A stretch of DNA of 64,000 nt, taken from contig CM000430.1 in the NCBI GenBank assembly GCA_000165345.1, positions 544,001 through 608,000 of the forward strand, in the 5' to 3' direction. Positions 32,401 to 41,603 of the stretch are shown piece after piece; position 1 is the stretch's first letter, and each line of letters starts with the position of its first letter. The position numbers and the translations under genes are program-made. The notes beneath the pieces are model-generated. The model worked only from the letters and a program-made list of their open reading frames with translations. It ran no database searches and was not told where the DNA came from.

Positions 32401-35400
32401 TGGGTAAAATTATCTAAAGCAGGCCTAAGATTGAAATCGATTTCAAAATCAAGATTAACCCACTTATCAGATATAATTCTAATATTTAAAAAAAATGGTG
32501 GATCTTCATCTGGAATTGGAATTAAGTCCGTGATTGAAATAGTACTATTCACACTTTTTTGTGTTACTTGGACCTGGTTAGTATAAAGAATTGCTCCATC
32601 GTTAGGATTTGTAACCCAAAGATAAAATTTTTCTCTTATTCCATGCCATCTTTGGCTCCATTTCCAATTAGGGTAAAGTTTAATCCCAAGTCTAACTATC
32701 TTCAATGTAACTGGAGATACAAGCGCTTCTTTGAAATCAATTTTCGGGATATATTTTATATACTCCGATATTTTTTCTGCATCAGAATAAACAATGTGTT
32801 TTAATTCACAAATTGCTAGATCTTTTATCATTTCCCATGATGCATAGTCTTCTAATTTTTTAATAGAGCCAATTTTTAGTGGGCCTTTAAACTTTGTATT
32901 TCTATTCGAACGCTCAGAAGCAAAAGTCTCATTAGGGTTTAAGGTTTTATCTAGAGAAGAAAAGTATACAAAATGTCTTAAGACTGATTGAGTATAAAAA
33001 ATTCGCATTTCCAGCATTTTAGACCATTCCAATACTCTTTGTGCTCTTTCTGAAACTCCAAAAGTGCTAAGTTGAATCAATTCAAAAATAAATCTCAAGA
33101 TTCTTGCTCCATTTTGAGAAATGTAAATGCTGTCCATTACAAGGGTCGGAGTAGTTATTTCGATTCGAAGTGAATATGCGATTAGAAGAAGCGCAACTTT
33201 GGAACTAACATTAGTAACATCTATTCTTTTCTTGACAATACTCGCAACTTGGCGGTTGCAAACTATATTCTCTAGTTCTTCAATTTCTTCCTCTCTTGGG
33301 GCCATACTTGAAAACTCTTTAGCCTTGCCAACAATTTCTAAGATATTGAAGTCACTTAAACAAGAGCCACTTTCAGAATTGCGTTCATCTTCTAATATAA
33401 GCTTCCTAAAAATATTTGCAGTATTGAAATCGATGTAGTATTTTGATGCTAATCTTCCATAGTGAGTGGGGCTGACTTCTTCATTGATTATATTGTAACG
33501 TATTAGCTTGGATTGATAGAGTAAATCTAAACATTTGCTTATATTGTTGTAACAAAACTGTGCTAAATTTGGGTCATTTATTATTTCTTCAGCTTTGAAC
33601 CCATATGCTATTGGAGATTTTTTAACTCTAGTTACAAGGAAAGTATATTTCAACCATCTGCTTGCATCTTTGGCATTTAAAATTGAACCCCTAGCTATTT
33701 CAGCATTAAGCAAATTACACAAATTAGATTCATTTGAAAGTTGCGATTCAATAGGAGCTTGAAATGTCAGCTTTTTGACATAACTTTGTACTTTATCGCT
33801 AGATGTTATCATATATGCAGATCCAAGCTTCTCAAATTGAGGTCTTCCTGCACGCCCGAATATTTGAAGTATATCTAAAATTCCAAGATCCTTAAAACTA
33901 CCTTTCTTGCTATCATATACATTAGTCCCCTTGATAATAACATGTCTTGCAGGTAAATTAACACCCCATGCTAATGTCGCTGTTGTAATCAGAACTCTAA
34001 TTAGACCTTGAGAAAATAGTGCTTCAGAAAGTTTTCTTTGGCTTGAAATTAGTCCTGCATGGTGAATCCCTAAGCCAAAATTGAATAGGTCTTTAATTGA
34101 TGAATTATCACAGTCTCTAAGTGCTTTTAGCAAGTAGTTACCACTAAATTCTTTTTTATTAACTTTATTCATTTCATCTGTTGAAAAATGATTTCCAATA
34201 GTTTTTTTTTTAATTAAGTTCTTAATGCTTCCATCAAATTCTTGATTATTATCTGAGCACGAAGTTCCTCGATTAAAACTACTTTTTATAGAGTGGATGT
34301 TTAACATTCTTTTAAAATAAAGTGCAGTAGAAAGAGTTTCATTTCTAGAATGTACAAAAACTAACGCTTGCTCATTTTTTTCCAAGCAATCTAAAACAAT
34401 TTTAAATGCAATGGAATTATACAAGTCTGAAATACTAGAAATATCTTCCTTTGAATTAATCTGCTTTGATATTTTATCTTTCTGTCTTTCTTCTCTTTGT
34501 TTTTCTTTATTTAGAGAGCTATCTTGATTTGAAGTTTTATCATTTTTTTTTCGTATTTCTCTTTTTTTTTCAATATCTACTCGCTTTTCATTGACTCCTA
34601 TAATTGTTTTCTCTAAAGGGGTAGGACGTAATGCTTGACTAAAGAAAAACGCGTCATTTTTGTTTACATTCAAGAAGGTTGCAAAATCTTCCCAATTTGG
34701 AAGAGTTGCAGAAAGACCTACTAGCCTTATTGGCCTTTGACTGATCTCAACATTATACAAAATTCTAGATACTATTGCTTCAACTGAAGGACCTCTTTCA
34801 TCTCCCAACATATGTATTTCATCTAAAATTACGCATTGGAGAGAATTAAATAAGTTAACTTGCCCTGTGTTATCATCAAAGGTATAAGTTCGTGTCATTA
34901 TGTCAAGTTTCTCGGGAACAGTCACAATAATGTGATTTCTATCTATCACTTCCTTTGGAACAGCTGCATCAGATGTAACTTCAACAACCTTAATCCTAAG
35001 TTCTTGTAAAGCTACAGAGTACTTTCGAGTTATTTCAGAAACTAATGATTTCATTGGTGCAATGAACACAATCTTGAACTTAATTGGGTCTGGCTCTTTA
35101 TAATGTTCAGAAACACTGTCCGAATCTAGTGTATTTATTCCGACAAAATCGGAAATTGATCTTAGAATGGCAAGTAAAGCGATATTAGTTTTCCCAGAAC
35201 CAGTTGGTGCAGCAACCAAAACATTTCTGTTTGATAGGTAAATTGAACTGAATACCTTTGACTGAACAAAGTTAAACATTTTTAAACCTTTAAATGCTGA
35301 TCTTAATTTCTTATTTAATTTTTCAGTTGATATTAGTTGGGATTCTAATTCTTTTGAAACTGATGCTGGAATGATTAATGGAGAAATGAAGACCTTTTCA

Positions 35401-35984
35401 AAAAGTTCGGTTTTTGTTGTAACAACTTTTGGTTCTTCCACCGAAAAGTCAATCTTATTTTGAAAATCATCCGATACAAATTTATATATGCTTGTATTGT
35501 TTTGGCTCGTATTTTTTATAGCTTCATTATATTCTAATCTGTGCTCATCTTGAAGACTATTAGAATTGGAAATATCTACATAACTAAAGATAATACCAAC
35601 CAGATTAATACATTCTTCCTTAGTGATATTTTCTTTATTTTGAAAAATTTGTTTATTATTATTGTTACATAATAATTGTTCTATTTCTAATATTAAATTT
35701 TCTAAATTTTCCAACACTATGCTAGTTAAAAATATTCCATCGTTTCCAAACAAATCCATAGTCTCAATCATAAAATTGTTCATGCTTTCTTCTAGAAAAA
35801 GGCGTGGCTTTGATAGGAGCCTTATCAGATCGGCCATTATATTGAACTTAATTTCTTCATTATTACAATTTGTCTCATCAATTAGGCTTTCTTGAGAAAG
35901 TTGAGCTGAAATTCTGCTAAGCTCCTTCCAAATAATACCAGTATATGGATATAACGAACAGATGTCATCGTGTTTAGCTGGCAT
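29430..35984 (-). CDS. Ski2-like RNA helicase with two tandem helicase cassettes (Brr2 / Slh1(ASCC3) family)
   Basis: 2184 aa. Two Walker A/DEIH pairs: VLVAAPTGSGKTNIALLAIL...ILDEIHMLGDERG (about aa 260-400) and FLGAPTGSGKTMVAEIAIF...IIFDEIHLIG (about aa 1200). Motif VI-like ...QIFGRAGRPQF / LQMVGRSGRPQYD follows each core. A K/E/R-rich insertion sits in cassette 1. The pre-helicase N-terminus is short (about 230 aa), so a Brr2 versus Slh1 assignment is unresolved. Confidence 0.8.
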   Translation of the reverse strand: MPAKHDDICSLYPYTGIIWKELSRISAQLSQESLIDETNCNNEEIKFNIMADLIRLLSKPRLFLEESMNNFMIETMDLFGNDGIFLTSIVLENLENLILEIEQLLCNNNNKQIFQNKENITKEECINLVGIIFSYVDISNSNSLQDEHRLEYNEAIKNTSQNNTSIYKFVSDDFQNKIDFSVEEPKVVTTKTELFEKVFISPLIIPASVSKELESQLISTEKLNKKLRSAFKGLKMFNFVQSKVFSSIYLSNRNVLVAAPTGSGKTNIALLAILRSISDFVGINTLDSDSVSEHYKEPDPIKFKIVFIAPMKSLVSEITRKYSVALQELRIKVVEVTSDAAVPKEVIDRNHIIVTVPEKLDIMTRTYTFDDNTGQVNLFNSLQCVILDEIHMLGDERGPSVEAIVSRILYNVEISQRPIRLVGLSATLPNWEDFATFLNVNKNDAFFFSQALRPTPLEKTIIGVNEKRVDIEKKREIRKKNDKTSNQDSSLNKEKQREERQKDKISKQINSKEDISSISDLYNSIAFKIVLDCLEKNEQALVFVHSRNETLSTALYFKRMLNIHSIKSSFNRGTSCSDNNQEFDGSIKNLIKKKTIGNHFSTDEMNKVNKKEFSGNYLLKALRDCDNSSIKDLFNFGLGIHHAGLISSQRKLSEALFSQGLIRVLITTATLAWGVNLPARHVIIKGTNVYDSKKGSFKDLGILDILQIFGRAGRPQFEKLGSAYMITSSDKVQSYVKKLTFQAPIESQLSNESNLCNLLNAEIARGSILNAKDASRWLKYTFLVTRVKKSPIAYGFKAEEIINDPNLAQFCYNNISKCLDLLYQSKLIRYNIINEEVSPTHYGRLASKYYIDFNTANIFRKLILEDERNSESGSCLSDFNILEIVGKAKEFSSMAPREEEIEELENIVCNRQVASIVKKRIDVTNVSSKVALLLIAYSLRIEITTPTLVMDSIYISQNGARILRFIFELIQLSTFGVSERAQRVLEWSKMLEMRIFYTQSVLRHFVYFSSLDKTLNPNETFASERSNRNTKFKGPLKIGSIKKLEDYASWEMIKDLAICELKHIVYSDAEKISEYIKYIPKIDFKEALVSPVTLKIVRLGIKLYPNWKWSQRWHGIREKFYLWVTNPNDGAILYTNQVQVTQKSVNSTISITDLIPIPDEDPPFFLNIRIISDKWVNLDFEIDFNLRPALDNFTQSSYIQKEFLQTNSEFNSISLNSIPDITELLNIPPIPIKSLKYPEIIDYYNNKKIFFLNPVQSQLFHILFYSDENIFLGAPTGSGKTMVAEIAIFRALFADLDSKISISKLKPESKKKSKIVYIAPLKSLANERFNDWKFLFSNTLGLNVVLITGSSQTSLLELEKASIIISTPEKWESFTRRWWAKSRSFVQDIKLIIFDEIHLIGQEPRGSVVETLVCKTRFISHFIEKYTVNKKIRSLSLSTSLSNAKELSSWLEVGASGYYNFPPEIRPVPCTVYISGFQEKNYCPRMATMNRPIYNKILTHSPKKPVIIFVASRRQTRITAMSLSHMCYCEGQPNRFINTEQKDSFGLSLAGSIRMAKDKSLKQTLESGIGIHHAGLSESDRNLVENLFLNGMIQIVVATSTLAWGVNFPAHFAIIKGTEYFDAKLGQYIDYPITDVLQMVGRSGRPQYDSHSVACIMTLEAKKPFYKRFLYDSLPLESCFGVSPLIEIFNAEVSSLSIKSIPDAICFLSNSFFFKRVVINPAFYDPNVFQVEIAQAEGQTSLLDVPRVRLIVYILEKLINDTLRALIELKCIRISFCRQDDHSTSSKYNLTSNSYFQNNLKDSRELYELEQEVDGLKPGKSEYSENQNCTWSKLFPNINKVTEIFSNNSPPISIFPTLLGQISSFFYIKCCTISKMNKFLNYKVLKNHFVSWVEILSLISQAQEFETYPVRHNEDKICTKMLKYLPFGKLPFEPMTSPHQKVFILLQANIFSIPVTVVDFINDINSILDQVPRILHAFIQLNKLGNYLSPSAFSSTVLLLESLQQKCHPFVSPFYQIPQTKNVSFDIFESKFKSKSLYEIAFKTVVSKEINIRKELNDANLNIEQILNFLYEIPLFQLKSTIVSVQANNLTILVEICIKDDRKVFPSYWFNLSWVYIEDRKANKLVFLERLSKSRFKLMENERHYLHYNFNVSLTLTNLSKIQNYKVSIVSEKYLGTQVSYIFE

Positions 35985-36495
35985 TCTATATATAAATTTT
36001 ATTTAGATATTTTCAACATTTATTTATAACGGGCGCAATGCAGTTGAAACATTTAAGACTTAAAAAAATAATAATTTAGGTATATATTTATTTTAGGAAT
36101 TAAATAATAGCTACCACATATCTAAAGGCTTTAAATAAATAGTGAAAGTATTCACACACTGGTTGTTTTAAAAATAACTGAATAATTAATAACTTTATTT
36201 TAAATTTGGTATAATTCACTTAAAGTGCGGGTTTTTAAAAATGGTATTGCACTATTTACCTTTGAATAATACTTGTATATTCTGAAAGTTATCTAGTTCT
36301 TTTATAATGCTACAGTTTAATCTGGAATACGTAAAATAGTAATTATGAGCTACTGATATATATATTAACGAATATTTGTTAATATTGACATTAGTGATAG
36401 TTATTTGTCTAATTTACACGCAAGAGTTTTATTAGCTTTGCAAAAATAACTGCGTGCGGGTAATAAAAACTCGGTGGGGTGAATTGCCATAGAAG

Positions 36496-37617
36496 ATGAT
36501 AATAGTAGGATTAATTGGATTTGATAACGTAGTTGCAGAATATGCATTCAGGTTCATTGTGGAAAGGTTTAGTTTCAAAGGAATAAGACTCGTAGATTGT
36601 GAGCGAAATTGCAATTTTGATAATGCAGCGAACAAGTTAAAATCAACTAATAAGTTAGAAAGCCATTTTAAAACTTTTGGGGAGGAATGTGGCAAAAAAG
36701 CAATAAGACAAATTTGCTTTTGCGGAAGCGATTCAGAGGAATCTTATGATGATTGTATTAGGTTCAGAGCAAAGAAAGCTTTCATGATATCAACTACAGA
36801 TTTGAACTCAAGTTATGTTATTTCAAAAATAACAAAAGAAAATGAATTTGATATCTTTTCAAATACATTTTTTGTTAGTTTGGCTATAGATCTACCTTTG
36901 ATTTCTAAGCTTTCTTTGCTAGAAACGAATTACGAGAATGCAAATTTTGAAGAAGTTGAAAAATCTATTGAGGTATTAAAAAATTCCCCAGGAAAGTTAA
37001 AAGAACTTGCCTCAATATTGGTTCAAGATTTTGAAGAGAAAAAAAGGGGTATTTGTAGACTGGTAAGAAGATCTGATTATTATATCAGCTATTTCACAGA
37101 TTTTTCCGATTTGGAGAAAAAGTTGATTAATCTCGGGCTATCTAAAATAGATTCACGCCCAAACTGGGATGAATATTTTATGAAAATTGCAAAACTAGCG
37201 TCTCAAAGGTCTAACTGTGTTTCAAGAAAAGTTGGATCGGTAATTGTTAAAGACAAAAAAATCATTAGTACAGGGTATAATGGGACTCCAAAGAATATGA
37301 AGAATTGTTTCGAAGGTGGGTGTACAAGATGCTCTAACCCAAATAGAGTAGAGGGAAAATCATTGGAAACTTGCTCATGCATGCATGCAGAGACAAATGC
37401 ATTACTGTTTGCTGGGATTGATAAGTGTATTGGAGCAACTATATACGTTACATTGATGCCCTGTATCTCTTGTACGAAAAATATCATTCAATGTGAAATT
37501 GAAAGGGTCGTATTTACTACTGAGTATGCAATTCCAGACGAGATTTCCACCATTAAATTACTTAGAGATTCAAATGTAAAGGTGGATAGATTAGTGGAAA
37601 AACAGTCATGTTTATGA
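36496..37617 (+). CDS. DCD1: Deoxycytidylate (dCMP) deaminase with N-terminal extension
   Basis: 373 aa. C-terminal CMP/dCMP deaminase zinc motifs NWDEYFMKIA...VGSVIV...GYNG...CMHAETNALLFAG...PCISCTKNI (HAE...PCxxC). About 200-aa N-terminal region of unknown function. Confidence 0.7.
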   Translation: MIIVGLIGFDNVVAEYAFRFIVERFSFKGIRLVDCERNCNFDNAANKLKSTNKLESHFKTFGEECGKKAIRQICFCGSDSEESYDDCIRFRAKKAFMISTTDLNSSYVISKITKENEFDIFSNTFFVSLAIDLPLISKLSLLETNYENANFEEVEKSIEVLKNSPGKLKELASILVQDFEEKKRGICRLVRRSDYYISYFTDFSDLEKKLINLGLSKIDSRPNWDEYFMKIAKLASQRSNCVSRKVGSVIVKDKKIISTGYNGTPKNMKNCFEGGCTRCSNPNRVEGKSLETCSCMHAETNALLFAGIDKCIGATIYVTLMPCISCTKNIIQCEIERVVFTTEYAIPDEISTIKLLRDSNVKVDRLVEKQSCL

Positions 37618-37691
37618 ACAGACAAAAGTCCTTTAGAACGTAGTATAAAAAAAGGAAATAATTAAATAAATAAAGAAACTATTAATTAATT

Positions 37692-38714
37692 TTATTCTTC
37701 TGGCAAATCTATTTCATTTTGGAAAATGGAATGATTTATTTTAACTTCAGGCGAATTTTTGTCCCTGTCTTTATGATCATTTTCGATACTTTCAACTTGA
37801 TTCTCTTCTTCCTCAATTATTTCGCTATAGGCATTCATTTCTGGAATATCATCATCTGAAAGGAATGCATCTTCATCAATTTCATATGTATCTCCTCCAG
37901 CAGCATCTTCATCATCAACGAAAAGTGATGGGTCGTAAACAAACAGGTCCCGTCCAGACATTTGTTTGCCTTGTTTTGCTGCATCAGCCTTAGCCTTCTC
38001 CTCTTCTTCCTTTTCTTTTTTTTTCTTCCATTCCATAAAAGTTTCAAATGTTACAGGCGTTCCTGGGCCTGGAAGCTCAAGCCTTTGCCTTTCAATTCTT
38101 TCCTCTAATGTTTCTTCTTCACCTTCTATGTCTCCACCGTCATCACTTTCTTGTTCTTTAATTACATAACCCACTGGCAAACAATGACGATATTTGCAAT
38201 TGTCGCCTCCTTCTGGACATACCCAAAACCATCCATATTGTTTCTTCTCAACAGCTGAAAGGAAGTGCTTGCATATAATTTCTGTGCTAAATGATGTTGG
38301 TTCTTGGCTCAAAGGAGCTTTTTTTGAGCCAGAATTTTGTTTTTGATCTCTTTGATCAATATAAAGGTCAATTTTTTGCTCTGCTTTAATTGTTGAGGGA
38401 TCAACTTTGCGTGCATCTTCTGCAGAAACTTTTTTGATATTTTCAGTACCTTTAAATAGAGCAGCTAAGAGAGCTTGCTGTTGTGCCTGCTTCTTTTTTT
38501 CTTCTTTTGCCTGCGCTGCTTTAAGCTCCTGGTTAACTTGCCCTCCTTTCGAGTTGTTTATTTGGGAAGTTACAGATTTTATGTATTTCTGTACGCTTTT
38601 ACTTTTGTTTTTATTCTTTAGTCCGAACGTTTTGTCCTCAATGATTTTTTGTTTCTGCTTTTCTAAGGCTCTTTGTTGCCCTCTCTCTTGCTTACTCTGG
38701 TTCTTTGGTGGCAT
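37692..38714 (-). CDS. TMA46: Tma46 / ZC3H15 (DFRP1)-like CCCH zinc-finger protein, DRG GTPase partner
   Basis: 340 aa, MPPKNQSKQ... basic N-terminus. Paired CCCH-type zinc-finger region CKHFLSAVEKKQYGWFWVCPEGGDNCKYRHCLP. Acidic C-terminal half with an E/D-rich tail. Confidence 0.65.
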   Translation of the reverse strand: MPPKNQSKQERGQQRALEKQKQKIIEDKTFGLKNKNKSKSVQKYIKSVTSQINNSKGGQVNQELKAAQAKEEKKKQAQQQALLAALFKGTENIKKVSAEDARKVDPSTIKAEQKIDLYIDQRDQKQNSGSKKAPLSQEPTSFSTEIICKHFLSAVEKKQYGWFWVCPEGGDNCKYRHCLPVGYVIKEQESDDGGDIEGEEETLEERIERQRLELPGPGTPVTFETFMEWKKKKEKEEEEKAKADAAKQGKQMSGRDLFVYDPSLFVDDEDAAGGDTYEIDEDAFLSDDDIPEMNAYSEIIEEEENQVESIENDHKDRDKNSPEVKINHSIFQNEIDLPEE

Positions 38715-39012
38715 TTTACTACTTAAATAAAGCTTCCTTTTATCCTCTCACTAAATTATATTCAAAAAGAAAATTGTCAAAACATTGGCGGGCAAAACTA
38801 GCAATAACCAGTCTAATTACACAATTTTACTAATTTTATTCATAAAAACATTAATTAATGACTAATTATTTTCCTACTTATTCAAGAGTAATTGAAGTTT
38901 AATTCAAGGTGACAAATCCTTATTTAGATGCTACTATAATATCTATGATATTTATTTTATACATTGTAACTTTAATAAAGAAGGAGTCGGCTATATATTT
39001 ATCTAGCAATAC

Positions 39013-39855
39013 TTAGTTACTAGAAATCCTATTTAGGTTAAACTTGCAATATTTATGATAGTTGCAAACGATAGAAATACCACAAAAAGACCTAGTAATT
39101 TCAACAAGAATAGACTTACTTGGATTTCCTAGATCGACTGGATAGAGTTTCTTGTATTCTTGGTATTTTGGGCCGTCTTCAGGACCCCAAATTAGCTCGG
39201 ATGCTAGATCATATATCTCTTGTCTCTTAATATCAGAGCCGCTGTATCTGGAATTATAGTAGCATGCCCAAGAAGCACAACTAGTTTCTTTTCCAAATTC
39301 AGACTCTGAGCAAAAGGCATTGTTGAAGCTTGACAATATCAAAGCTTTCATATTCTTATGAATTTCATCTAATTTTGCTGAGCAAATTATATCTAGTGGG
39401 ACTAATCTACTAATATATCTGGATGATAATAAGCAACCAGAATCAATTTCACTCTTTCCTCTATTTTCTTGAGTCCTATGTTCATATGCACTTTTCATAA
39501 GCTTTTCAACCAAAGCAGATGGCTTATCATTTGAATCGTTAAATTGAATTAATACCAGACATCTTGATATATTGTCTATAAGTTTGAATCTGGAATTATC
39601 CTTCTTAAACTTCTTTGTCTCTAGTTCAATGCTTTCTTCAATAGTTAAATCATCATTTGGGTAATTCGGGCTTTCCTGTTCATTATATTCGGAATTACTT
39701 AAAAGAATTCTAGATATATCTCTATAAGCTGCAATACTTTTATTATTCACTGTAATTGACATCAAAATTCCTTTATTCAAAATTCTTAGATCAGGAATTC
39801 CTGATCTTGAATTATTTGATTTCCCAACAGGGAAGTATTTTCTTTTCTTATTCAT
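39013..39855 (-). CDS. TAN1: THUMP-domain protein, Tan1/THUMPD1-like (tRNA ac4C formation partner)
   Basis: The ORF-track start at 39882 is TTG; the first ATG is at 39855 (MNKKRKYF...). Several blocks align by eye to yeast Tan1: DLTIEESIELETKKFK ~ DLSIEDQIKKELQELK; SRYISRLVPLDIICSAKLDEI ~ TRYVQKLTPITYSCNAKMEQL; PVDLGNPSKSILVEITRSFCGISIV ~ TVDLKNYDKLILVECFKSNIGMCVV. Confidence 0.6.
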   Translation of the reverse strand: MNKKRKYFPVGKSNNSRSGIPDLRILNKGILMSITVNNKSIAAYRDISRILLSNSEYNEQESPNYPNDDLTIEESIELETKKFKKDNSRFKLIDNISRCLVLIQFNDSNDKPSALVEKLMKSAYEHRTQENRGKSEIDSGCLLSSRYISRLVPLDIICSAKLDEIHKNMKALILSSFNNAFCSESEFGKETSCASWACYYNSRYSGSDIKRQEIYDLASELIWGPEDGPKYQEYKKLYPVDLGNPSKSILVEITRSFCGISIVCNYHKYCKFNLNRISSN

Positions 39856-39982
39856 TTGCAGTATATCCGCCAGCAATACCAAAAAGTGAAGTACCTCAAT
39901 TAAATTAGCTTTTTGTTTCTATCGATCGAATTTTAATTATTTTTATAGTGGCGGGTTTAAATCTAGAACTATAAACAGATTA

Positions 39983-40675
39983 TTAAAGTGCCGTGCCTCT
40001 TTCTAGATTTTGTTTAATTTCAGAAGTATATTCATGATAAGCCCTGTCTAATTTCTCATTGTACTTTTTATTCCCCTGATTTATATGATATATATCAGGC
40101 CTAATATAAATTGACTCTGATATGAATCTTTTTCTTTGGTTCTTTATATACTGATTTATTAGCAAATTCTTATCGTTGTCAGAGGGGACATGAGAAGTCC
40201 GAAGAAATTCGGACCTTTCTGGATTAGCTTTCAACTCGCTCATCTGTTGTTCATACTTTTCTCTATCGAAAATAATTTTTTTGTTTGTACTTGAAATAAG
40301 ACCTTTTTTTCTATTTTTTGTTCTAATTCTATTATTTTCCGTCACATTCTCAAATTTCTGTGAATTTCTTTGAATTCTCCAAAGCTCTGTACTTCCGAAA
40401 CGAATATCACACGTATATTCTACTTTCGAATCATTTTTTGCAGTTCTCAGCGCAGAGCTCTCGATAAATTCCTCATTCGAAAACTTTAAAAGTTTATCTA
40501 ATTCCTTCCTCCTTTCGTTTCTAAATATTTCCATATTGAAAATCATTGCAGAATGAACTTTTGTATTCAAACTGTTCAGTGTCTCTATCTTCTCATTATT
40601 TCGTAACTCATCTTCACTGCGGAATAAAAATTCAAGTAAGTGCCTCGAACTATTTGTTTTTTTTTCCGCTATCAT
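39983..40675 (-). CDS. Basic coiled-coil protein, possibly SYF2-family pre-mRNA splicing factor
   Basis: 230 aa, ATG at 40675, K/R/E-rich. C-terminal ...YNEKLDRAYHEYTSEIKQNLERGTAL resembles my recollection of the SYF2/p29 family C-terminus (...YTAEIKQNLERGTA.). The length fits; I could not verify it. Confidence 0.45.
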   Translation of the reverse strand: MIAEKKTNSSRHLLEFLFRSEDELRNNEKIETLNSLNTKVHSAMIFNMEIFRNERRKELDKLLKFSNEEFIESSALRTAKNDSKVEYTCDIRFGSTELWRIQRNSQKFENVTENNRIRTKNRKKGLISSTNKKIIFDREKYEQQMSELKANPERSEFLRTSHVPSDNDKNLLINQYIKNQRKRFISESIYIRPDIYHINQGNKKYNEKLDRAYHEYTSEIKQNLERGTAL

Positions 40676-41006
40676 AGCTTGAAAACTTTGTTCATTTCTT
40701 GAATTAAAATAGACTGCAATATTTAGAATATGGAGGGTTTGTATAAATGCAGTACACTTAAATAAATGTTTACTTCTAATAAAAGGGAGCCTACCAATGA
40801 TTTAGAAATTTATTTATAGCGCAACTTTTTATTATTCAAATTTTATTTAGAATGTTAATAAATTAAGATTAGTTCGGAATAGCAACCTTTTATTAATTGA
40901 TAATGCTTTACAAATTTCTTTAGGTTTATTTGTTATTCGCATTAGCTAAAATTCATGAATTTCTCGCGCGCAGGAATTCTTTTCAAAAATAAATCATTAT
41001 TTCTTA

Positions 41007-41560
41007 ATGAACGAAAAAGAAATTTCATTTGCAGTTCCAACGGGTAAGTTAATTGCAATGTTTTATTTCAAATATATATTTGAAAATATATAATTTTTTT
41101 AATGATTGATTAATTCTTAATTCATTTATTAGGGACTCGCAAAATTATACAAATTCGAGATTCAAAAACAAATAAATCAACTACTAAAGAAAATTACGTT
41201 TTGAGGTTAAGGGCTTGCTTATCATGTCGAATAATTCTAAGTGATCAACAATTTTACGAAGGTGGGTGTCCAAATTGTACCCATCTTGCAATGGAATTTG
41301 ATCGCCAGAAGGTTAACTCTTGTACTTCAATGTCGTTTAAAGGGTAAGTATGATAACTGTAGAATGTCTGTTATTACAGAATGCTCAATAATGATAAAAC
41401 TAATTTATTGGTTAGAATGATATCTATGCTAAAGCCAAATGAATCATGGGTTGCAAGATACAATAAACTTTTGCCTAACATTGTACCAGGGTGCTATGCA
41501 GTTTCAGTTAGTGGAGATATGGTTTCAGATGACGAAGGCAATTATAATGGAGAATACTAA
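41007..41560 (+). CDS. SPT4: Transcription elongation factor SPT4 (DSIF small subunit), 3 exons
   Basis: Not in the ORF track. Exons are 41007..41043, 41133..41343 and 41416..41560 (TAA), with GTAAGT donors, introns of 89 and 72 nt and split Gly codons at both junctions. The spliced product has the Spt4 C4 zinc finger LRACLSCRIILSDQQFYEGGCPNCTHL...SCTSMSFKG and the NGN-binding block MISMLKPNESWVARYNKL...PGCYAVSVSG. Confidence 0.75.
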
Positions 41561-41603
41561 TTAATAAATCTCAACTATTTCATTCTTGTGGAACAAATCG
41601 AGT

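Noticed and set aside
39856-39882. Upstream TTG start of the Tan1-like ORF. Similar GTG/TTG ORF-track starts occur at 8214, 55767, 21251 and 51535.
   Set aside because: The ORF track evidently allows non-ATG initiators translated as M. In each case homology or context supports the first downstream ATG (or a spliced upstream exon) instead.
39013-40675. Possibility that the Tan1-like and Syf2-like ORFs (same strand, 100-bp gap) are one gene
   Set aside because: The upstream ORF ends in a clean in-frame TAA with a family-typical C-terminus (...NLERGTAL). The downstream ORF has its own basic N-terminus typical of Tan1, and the gap has no donor/acceptor pair.
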